The notes beneath the pieces are model-generated. The model was not told the DNA's origin. It did no database searches and saw only the letters and a program-made list of their open reading frames with translations. Below are positions 54,411 to 64,000 of a DNA stretch of 64,000 nucleotides, one piece after another. The position numbers and the translations under genes are program-made. Origin of the DNA: Paramecium tetraurelia (Eukaryota). The DNA lies in the NCBI GenBank assembly GCA_000165425.1, contig CT867987.1:1-64000 (forward strand), written 5' to 3'. The stretch's first letter is position 1. Each line of letters begins with the position of its first letter.

Positions 54411-55220
54411 ATGTCTGAATAACTAGAACAAACAGAACTGTTGGAGAGACATATAAAGAATATTACTTTTGGTTTGATTATAAGCTAGAAAAGCTTCCTC
54501 CTCAAGATGCAATTATGTTAGACTTTGTAGTTTGTTAAAACTGTCAAGATTATGCTTGGTGTATGCATCATGATGAAGAAAATATATAAAGTTATTCATT
54601 GATTTGTTAATAATGTAGTTATTAATTTATTACTTATAGTGATTGAAAGTTCTATCCAAAACAGTATTTGTACTTTTAGTTAAGGAATCATACCAAGTAC
54701 AAGATCTTTCGAGATTATACATAAAGGTTAATAGAATATTCATAATATTTAGAGGTGCTCATTTATTCAAAATTGATAACTAATTATTTCCACATCTTCT
54801 ATTTTACTTGAAAGACTCAAATGTTTCTAGATGACTTCGAGAATAATAAAGATGTTACTAAATGGTTAACAAAAAGGAAGTTAAGTATAAATTAAGGAGT
54901 GAAATTATAATTATTCTAGCCTCTAAAATTGAAGCTTGAAAGGGAAACTTTCAAATTTATATGAATAAAAGAGAACAAGTGGAAAAAGATAGAAATAATT
55001 AAAAGAGAAGAAAAAGAATAAGTAGATAAGAACAATTACAAAAGGAAAAAGAAGAGAAATATAAAGAATAGAATGAATAAGAAAAAAGATTAGCTTAGCA
55101 GAAAGAAGATGATGATAGATTATTGGATCAAATAAGAAGGGTGAAATTTTTAGGGAACAATAATAGAATCAATAGGAGACTAACAAAGAAGAATAAAATA
55201 AGTAAGGAGGATGAATAAAT
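54411..55220 (+). pseudogene. Rdx/SelW-like thioredoxin-fold protein with coiled-coil tail, multiple frameshifts
   Basis: LDFVVCQNCQDYAWCMHHDEE, PSTRSFEI and LIYSKL..NYF; frame slips at about 54790-54830; may be sequence error rather than decay. Confidence 0.5.
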
Positions 55221-55374
55221 AAATTAATATCATTATCATAATATTTAATATGTTAAGTTTAATGATGTTAAGTGGTATTTCTTGAAAATACGTGAATTTC
55301 ATTCACATCACTTATAGATATAATACTAATTGGAGACAACTTATATTATTATTTTGCTTTTTTGATATAATTTT

Positions 55375-56076
55375 TCAAGATTCTTTCCATTAATTCAAAG
55401 CATCTGAATTGAGGCATCCTTGATAAAATTTATTTAAATATTTTATTGGAGGTCCAACATCTTATAATCTCTCTGATCCTAATAGTTGATCGAAAAATTC
55501 AAAGCTAGTTAGATACTCAATTGATATTTTATTAATCAAAGGATCTTGGAGCATTTCTCTTAAAGTTTTCAAAGAAGGTGACTTTTTGGCAAATTTAGAA
55601 ATTTTCTTCTTGATCTAAGGGTTTTGTTTTGGGTTTTTCAGGCTCAGACTTTCTAACTGATTTAAAATTATTTTAGCATAGAGTTTGGGCAAATTTTTGG
55701 TTTCGGATTATTTTGTCTGTTCCTTCTTTTCACTTCTTCCAACAATAGGCCCCTATTTAAATTCTTCTTAAGGTTTTTTAGATCTATTTTTTTTAATATT
55801 AGTTTTATTTCCAATATTATCTGTACTTTTTTATGATTATGGTGAATTTTCTTGATCCTAGCCTTAATCTGAGTCGAATTCAAGCCTCTTGATGCTTCTT
55901 TCTATATTGGTTTAACCTTAAAACTGTTCATTGAATGAATTGAATTCAAAATTCTCATTTTATTAAGAAAGATCATTGTTGTTTTACTCAAATTCTTGAT
56001 CATATAGAATTCTCTCGTCATTTTCATTGTAAAAACTATTTTATGGATAGTAGCTTTCTTCCTTATATTAATGCAT
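55375..56076 (-). CDS. Hypothetical protein (ETKNLPK motif, likely lineage-specific family)
   Basis: 234-codon intronless code-6 frame from ATG 56076 to TGA 55375. Confidence 0.75.
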
Positions 56077-56149
56077 TTAAAGAATAAAAATTAAAATACT
56101 TCAGAGTGAATAATATTAAGATTGCTTGATAATATAATAATAATAATAG

Positions 56150-57504
56150 ATAAGATATCAGTTGAATTATTGTCTCCAAGTTTTAATTAATAATTTTTTT
56201 TGAAGTAATTTAACCAAAAATTATATTGTGATCATTATTCTATTTGTACACAAGTAATACAAAAAGAACTAACACTAAAATAAAATCAAATTCTTATTAT
56301 AATATATATTATTTCAGTTAGCTCACTTTAATAAACTATTGTTATTACCTTATTTAAAAGGTTCTAGCTTTTTTAATGTTTTATAATTATTGAAGAATAA
56401 ATAAAATTATATTCTAATTATTATCAAAATAATAATTTAAGAAGATTAATAATTAGAACATTGAAATGGAAAGGTTGAGCTAATCTACTGTCTCTTATCC
56501 TCTTTATTATATGTATATTGTAAAATAGTTGCAAAGATTCTAATTGAGATCTTTTTTTTTTAATTATTTTTTAGTTGAGTCATCTTTATAACTCATAAAT
56601 ATAAAATGTACAATAAATAATCATATTGAAAGGTAATTGCATAGATTTTGGATATCAGCTAAACAATCTGCTTCAAATTAAGATGTTAATATGTCGGATA
56701 TCAATTAAAAACTAGAAAAATATTGCAAAGCTAGCTGTTTAGCTTGAATGTCCTCTTTAAGTTTTTATAGATTATTCAAGGTTTTCTTATCGAGCAATCT
56801 TCTAAAATTTTGGTTTTGCTCAAAAATATTCTTATAATTGGTTTCTTAATAAATGCAACTATTATTTACTAATATGATTTAACAAGAGACAAGCAATTTG
56901 GCGATACCTTAACTTCCTTGAAGTTGATTTGGATGTATTAAATATTGGTAGCATGATATATTTATAATTTTGTGATATGAAAATAATTGGAATTTAAAAA
57001 GTAAATGTCATTATTCTATTTATCAACTTAATTAAAAAATCAGAAAGATTTTTGCTTAAAGTCTACAAGAATAATCTAATATAAAATATTTAAGATAAAA
57101 GGTGCATTCAACCTGAACTTAATATTTGTAAATGAGAATATATCTGAAGGCTTCACATGCATACTTTATAGTGAGTAGAGAATGAGATTGGAATTTTTCA
57201 TATTTTCTTACATTAACGATTATTAATTCATGGATTATGGTGGGGCTACTTTTCTAAGAAAATAATAGAATAATCTGATGACTTGGATGAACTGTATAAA
57301 AATTATTAATATTTTATAAATTTTCTACAATATCCTCTCTGATTGGAATCAAAACTTATATTTCCAATACATAGTCATATTTTGATGGCATTGATTTCAA
57401 TCTGCACTATGTAAATTCTTCAAAGTATTTGAAAACTGGCAATTATTTTGTACTTCATTCTTGGTTACACATAAATTAAATGTTGATCGAAAAATCTTTA
57501 ACAT
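56150..57504 (-). pseudogene. Degenerate helical-repeat-like ORF
   Basis: Starts MLKIFRSTF (presequence-like), then coding-like patches broken by frame changes and TGA. Confidence 0.3.
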
Positions 57505-57632
57505 TTAATTTGCAATTAAACAAATATAATTAATTAAATGATATGATTTAAATGTGAAGTAGTGAGAATAAAGTGATAAATATCAATAAATGATACCATA
57601 TTATTTATCTAATTATAAAACATATAAATTTT

Positions 57633-59564
57633 TCATTTTCCAATTATATCTAAAATTGCTTACAAACTATTGCTAATACCTCTATTCTCGTTCAGAGGTA
57701 TTGATTTAAGATTGATTTAATATTTATTCAATATTTTCTTTTTATATACTGTTTGAGTTACTACATCAAGCCTAATATCAAAGTGGCAGGATCCATCAAT
57801 TTCAATAAAAGTATTACCTATTTCATCCTTTCTATCTATTGTAGCATCATCATATTTATTTTATTTAACCTCCAGAAATTCTGTCTACAAGTCATTACTT
57901 TTTTGCATTTATTTTAATTCTTATATATCTAATTTCTCAATATTAATATCCCAAATTCTATAATCAATAAGATAACATCCGACACGACTTTCTTTGATAT
58001 ACTTCAATAAACCTTGTTTTTCAAATAGGAATAAGTTGTATTCAAAGTTGTTTTCCATAAATCCTTAAAAATACTTGAATTACCTCTAAAATTAAAAATT
58101 CGAGATGAATTTTTCCATTTAATCTTTTTTTATAGTTTCAATTAATTTAATTTATATTTTCTTGTCATCATAATAGGCCTAAAGCACCTTAGCTATTGGA
58201 AATTAATCTTCTAATAATTATAAAGCGATAACAAATTAAAGGTGCTTTGAAATGTTTAGAGTTTGGATTTCATGAGCATGAATATTGATAAGGGCTGTTA
58301 AACAATCATTAATTTATTAATGAAATTAATGAGAGTATTTTTCAATGCAATATAAGAATGATACACTATCTTCTAAGATCATATGAAAATTTTAGATTTT
58401 ATTTTTAACCTTCTCCAGGATTAATTTTTCAGACTCGAATAAGCTTGCCATATTGATGATATCTATTAGGGATTCATTTGTAAAATGTTCGATATTATTA
58501 AGGATAAATCTTTCATATTATTTAATTGGCTATAAAAATTTCTATCTCACTTCACTATTAATCTGTGATGGAATGTAAAGCAATGTTTTGATACCTAATA
58601 TAGATTTTTATAAATCTTTGTCTTCCATTTGAAAGTATTCATCAAATTATTCTTTCAAAGCAATTACTATTTAATATTAATATAAGATTTGATTCATGGG
58701 ACTTTTCAAATATTTTGATAAAAGCGACAATAATGAACTTGTACTATATATTTTTAGATCTTTAACAATTTATTCTATACATTCTTTATCATTAAATCGA
58801 AACTGCCCTAAGGCAATTAGGACTTTAGCCTATTAGTCTTCTTTCAGTTTATGAAAATCAGATTTAATTCTGTCTACTATTTATTTGTTCTCCAATAACT
58901 ATATACTAAATTACACTAATTGCTTATTTGATCCAGAAACTAGACTCCACAATAGAAATTGAATGTCAAAAATGCTGAAAGTTGAAAAGTCCTATTGGGT
59001 TAATAATGTATCCACTACTTTATCAACATACTCAGGTTTAATTTCATATTGATTTATTAATGCTATAAAGTGGGTTATATTTTATGGGGTCTAATCCTTT
59101 AGAAATTTTGGTAAGCGATGAATTAAGAAATTGCTACATTGTTGATATACAATAATATCATTCTTATTTTATAAGTAGTTTTTTCTTCTGAGTTGTCCAA
59201 AGATGTATGCTAGCTAAGCAAGGCAGAAAGAATTATTAAAATTTTTATTTTCCTTTAATAATTTAGTCAATCTGTTCCCAATTTATTACCAAAATTCTTT
59301 ATTATTACATTCATTTTGCAAGTAGAAATACATTATACTTTTTATAGCATGGAAGGAGTTGAACTTAGGGATATTCGTGAGAATATCTTTATACAATCCT
59401 TTGACAATGTCATCTTTGCAATCAAGTCCTTTGCATGATTCTCTTAGATTTTCTATTTAAGACTGATTGAGTTTAAATAATTGATTTTTGAGATCGACCT
59501 CTAAGAATCTGGTGTTTACATTGGCAAAATATGCAAAACGAAATCTACATATTAGTGAGCGCAT
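57633..59564 (-). CDS. RAP-domain (FASTK-like) putative mitochondrial RNA-binding protein
   Basis: N-terminal MRSLICRFRFAYFA presequence, helical region, C-terminal GCYLIDY..FIEIDGSCHF..TVYKKKIL; 644 codons by length (middle not fully checked). Confidence 0.78.
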
Positions 59565-59578
59565 ATTAAATTTAATAA

Positions 59579-61349
59579 TCATTATTATTTAACTACTTTT
59601 CTTAAGGCGTAACAAATTTTATGTTCTAAAGTGGTCTCAATGTCCACATCGACCTCGAAAGTCTTTCCTTACAGCGGGAATTTGATCCTATACTTAACTG
59701 TTAGAAGTCTAAACAGGAACAGATAATCTTTATTTTTGTCATAGGCTTCTGCCTCCTTCTTTTAAACGGTAAAGGCTAAAGTCCCTTCTAGCCATTTATT
59801 AATATTATTTCTGAAATCCATATCATGTTTCAGCAATTTACCCATTGCTAATTCCACTTTCTAGAGTAATCCATTCTGAACTTTTGCATCTATAAGGATT
59901 GGCACAGAATGTCTTAAAGCCTTTCTCAATTTGGCATAAGTTTCCAAAGCTAGCCACAATCCTTTGCTAGATTTTTGTTACATTTCTTTAAGAGATTCAA
60001 AGAATAGAACGAAAGAGTTGAGTTTTTTATTATTCGCTTTATTAACACTTTTGACAAAGATATCAAAAACAACATTAGATATCGCATCTCTGGCAAACGT
60101 AATGGCAGCCACAAATGAATCTATAAAATATGTAGTTACTCTCATATCAGTTCCTCCACTTACAACTACACTTTTACCAAGATTTGAATTCTCTTCAACC
60201 ATGGCTTTATTCTATTTGTTTCTTGCTTTTAATTCCATTTTTGCTTTCCAGAGATTAAGACACAGTTATTTTAATGATTTTGCATGATTTCTTTCAAATA
60301 AATCCAAACAAGCATCTATCTTGATATGGAATTTTTCAGCCCATGCTGGTGGCATTCTAGGCTCCATACCACCTGATTAGACACTAATTTACTATGGCAT
60401 AGCAGGTTTCTAGAAATGATATGATAAAATACTGCATCCTCTCTAACTTTGGCTATCTCTTCCTATTTAAATCTATTGTCTCTTGCCAACATGCTCAATT
60501 CTTAGGCGTAACTTCTATTCAAATCTAAAATACGTCTAACTTCATGTTCTAAGATTCTGATCTTATCAAATGCATCTACTAATTCATTGTCTTTGAGATA
60601 AAGGGCTTCAGCAAATTGTTTATCAAGTGCTTCTAATTTAAGTACTTTTTCTCTCAATTCTGCTTCCAATCTTGCAGTTTGATGATCAAGTGTAAATCTT
60701 AAGGATGCTATTTCCTCATCAGCCTTTCTTTTCAATTCAGTTAATTCATTAATTCTTTTTCTCTAATCTTAGATCTCCGCATTCTTATCATTGAGTTGCT
60801 GAGTCAAGCTTTGGACATCAAAATTGTATTGTTTATCACCCAGTTCTAATTTATTAAGCAAAAGATCTCTATCCAGTATGAGATTTTGCACATCATTTTT
60901 AATTTCAAATTGCTTTTCATATGTTTTTTCAGCATTTAGATTTGATTCTTGTGTTTTCTTTTTGATAGTTTCGAATTGAGCAGTTTGTTGTTGATAGATG
61001 GTGTATAATTTCTTTAATTGATCCTTGTACATCTATAATTCATAGGCTACTTTTTGATAATCTGCTTCAAATCCCTGTTTGGCATGTTCGGATACATCCA
61101 AGTCATGTTATAATTGCTATTATGATTAGGGTTATGTACTTGGATATAGTCGTTCATTTTTTAGATCTGATAATTGTATTGTTCTTCTCTTTCCTCGAAT
61201 TCTCGATACCTATCATCTTAATAATCTGGTTGATTGAGTTGTTGGGTTGATTGTTGGTATTGCTGAGGTATTGGATATTGTGGATATTATTTTTTGGTGA
61301 CATATGGAGAATTGTCATAACGTTGAACACCTGTAGGGGATGTAGACAT
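59579..61349 (-). CDS. Hypothetical coiled-coil protein
   Basis: Joins ORF-track segments 60769-61032, 60502-60735 and 59978-60202 in code 6, with small introns near 61115-61140 and 60410-60432. Confidence 0.8.
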
Positions 61350-61399
61350 TTTAAATTCTGTCTGTTATTTAAATAAAATTCTAGAATAAATTAAAATTA

Positions 61400-62967
61400 A
61401 TGAAATTCGTGTTGCTGGCAATTTTCTTGTTGCTTGTATTGGCTGGAGAAGATTATTATCAATTGCTAGGATTAAAGAAGGGTGCAAGTGAAGCTGAAAT
61501 CAAGAAGGCCTTCAAGAAATAGTCTCTGAAATATCACCCAGACAAAAACAAGGGAAATGAGGAGAAGGTAATCAATTATTCTTATTTTTGTACAGGCTCA
61601 GAAATAATTCTAAAAAATAGTGAATGCCTATGAAACATTAAAAGACCCAGAGAAAAGAAAGATTTACGATTAATATGGTGAAGAGGGTGTCAATAAGCAT
61701 GAACAATAATAATAATAAGGTGGTGGAGGAACATATCAAAATTTTGGAGGTGGTTTCGAAGAAATGTTCTCATAATTCTTTAGAGGAGGCAGTGGCGGTG
61801 GTGGTGGTGGTCGCCAGCAATTTCATTTTAATTTTGGAAATCAAGGTGGTGGAGGATTTGGTAATTAAGGTGGTGGATTTGGCAATCAAGACTTCTATGA
61901 GGAAGAAGGTCAGAGAAAAAAAGAAAATCTGTTTGAAAATACAGATGTTTATACACTTGATATGAGTAATCTCTCTCGATTTTACAGAAGAGAAGAAGTT
62001 TGGCTAATATATTTCTATTTACCAAATGGTGAAGGATAGAAACATAAGAAACTTATAATTGAATTGGCTGAAAAATACGCAGGTATTTTTAGAGTCGCTG
62101 CTATTGATTGTGAAGATGATGAGGCATTGTGTGAAGATGAGTTCTCAGTCAAACGATATCCCTCTGTTTCCATTTATGCATCTCGTCTCTCTGCAGAACC
62201 AATTAAGTATAAGGGAAAGTGGGAATTAAATGAATTAGCAAAGGAGGCTGTTGATTTGATGGAAGATTTTGTTATTGTTTTAAGTGGTTTCAATTTCCAA
62301 GAGTATATTGAAAAATCAAAACCTAAAGTTATTCTATTTACCAATAAAAAATCAACACCTCCTTTGTTTAAGGCCCTTTCAAAAGAATTCAAAGGCAAAT
62401 TGGAATTTGCTATGATTAGACAATCTGAAAGACAATTGTCATAGATATTCAAGATAACAGAGTATCCGAGTTTGATAGTTGCTTAAAATGATCAAGATTT
62501 CAAATTGTTTGAATCGGAATTCAAAAAAGATTAGATTGTTAAGTTTCTGAGATAATTTGCATATGGATAGAAGAAGGAACCATAATAGAAAGTAATTTAA
62601 CAGTTGACTGGTTAAAATTATGAATAATGTATATCGAAAGGGAAGGACTTATGTTTCCTATTGTTAATATAAAATGAATTAGATTTAGAGATGATATCTA
62701 AAATACCAAGTAAATATTAAAATGAAAATATTTCATTCTATTATGGATCTCTTAAGTATTTAATTTGATCATTATAGGTAATTGGCATCCAAATTTGAAC
62801 CAAATTAGACCTCTTCATATGCTGTGATTATCAAACCAAAGCGATAAACTTATGCTGTTTAAAATTCAATAGAAACAAATGATATCATAACATTTATTGA
62901 TGATGTACTTGGCGGAGGTAGAACTTTCAACAAAATGCATTCCACTATTAGAAGAGAAGAGTTGTGA
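61400..62967 (+). CDS. ER-luminal DnaJ + thioredoxin-like domain protein
   Basis: Signal peptide, EDYYQLLG..KYHPDKN J-domain, G/F-rich linker, Trx-like folds (AAIDCEDD..YPSV) and C-terminal REEL retention signal; TGA 62965-62967. Confidence 0.92.
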
Positions 62968-63020
62968 ATTATTTTTGTTAATTTAATTTGCTTTTATTCG
63001 TTAATTTTAACAACTAACTA

Positions 63021-64000
63021 ATGGATAACATAGTATAACATGTGGATGATGAATATAATGAAGGGAAACAGGATTCTTATCAACAACCTGAAAAACTATC
63101 AGACAATTTAGCAAGAACAGTTTTCTTTGATTCCAACAATCTTCCTTAAGTGGAATGTTACTACCATAAAGGATATTATATATCTAACATGTGTCGAGCA
63201 CCTCAATGTATAATACCCTTATGTCCTCTTTGCATACATCTTCATTCTAAGGAACATGTCAACGAAGGCACATATCCAGTATTTGAGTCATTAGAAGTCT
63301 TATTAAATCAAGCAAGTGATCATGTTAATAATGAATGTAAGCTTTAGATTATATCCTTTTAGTGAAGAAATTTACTAATTCATATTACGATATCAAAAAG
63401 CATGTGAATACTTTTGAGGTTCATGCAGATAAAACTATAAAAAAGATTAGAGAAATTAAGAAACGTATATAAGATGTCGTTGAACAATTCTTCAATGGTT
63501 TAGAGAATGAAGTCTAACATAAATAGAAGAAGAATGTGAATAATTAAGAGAGAGATGCTAAACATTTACTATCAATGATTGAAGAGAGATGGAGATCAAT
63601 GAAATAGATGTTAAATACATTTTAGAGTTCTGATTGTTTAACAGCTCTCATTCCCTATTTCACAACAACCTTTTAAGAAGACAATCATGTTTATTATAAA
63701 AAGATAGGGGAGTACATAAATGCATTTCCAACTGTCAGTAGTGAAGTCTAAATCGATTAACATAGAGCGTATTTTAATTTATATATATTAGCTCTGAGTT
63801 GAGTTTGTTTTTAGGTTCAATAATACGAGTTCAGCATACATCAATTCCTGATTTTATTGGCATTCATTAATTGCCTACTACCAATGTTACTGAAAGCACT
63901 AAAATCAATTCTCTTTAGGGTAGCAGAATCAAGGAACCATTGCGTGTCACCATCCAGGAAAAGAAAACTCAATTTGAATCTTAAGATCATCAGAAATTAC
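63021..64000 (+). CDS. B-box-like zinc finger + coiled-coil protein, runs off window
   Basis: CYYH..NMCRAPQCIIPLCPLCIHLHSKEH followed by a heptad-rich region; small introns. Confidence 0.75.

Overview
Very AT-rich eukaryotic DNA that reads as ciliate (Paramecium-like) macronuclear sequence. TAA/TAG encode Gln, TGA is the only stop, and genes carry many 20-30 nt GT..AG introns, so the supplied ORF track (which stops at TAA/TAG and ignores introns) is fragmentary. I re-read the genes by hand in genetic code 6; coordinates are manual and may be off by a few bases. About 1-16.4 kb is a gene-poor, decay-rich zone. It holds a tandem TPR gene built of 102-nt exon + ~28-nt intron modules with hypervariable ligand-face codons, relics of Cys-rich surface proteins, an AIG1/IAN-like GTPase, a possible NACHT relic and two WD40 paralogues with in-frame TGA. 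About 16.4-64 kb is extremely gene-dense: cystinosin-like, RBR E3 ligase, RPS4, DDX42-like helicase, WD40, a GTPase-HSP20 fusion, a SHIPPO/ODF3 repeat protein, a MIR-like protein, NDUFV1, an FAD oxidoreductase, Pumilio, PX-WD40, an M14 carboxypeptidase, a CBM20-TPS-TPP pseudoenzyme, an SH3 protein, glycogen branching enzyme, a Dbf4-type Zn finger, an Rdx-like protein, a RAP-domain protein, an ER DnaJ-thioredoxin and a B-box-like protein. I recognised no tRNA, rRNA, CRISPR array, telomeric repeat or transposase. Best candidates for novelty: the one-exon-per-repeat hypervariable TPR array, the degenerate CBM20-TPS-TPP next to the branching enzyme, the GTPase-alpha-crystallin fusion and a PUF with an altered repeat-7 code.
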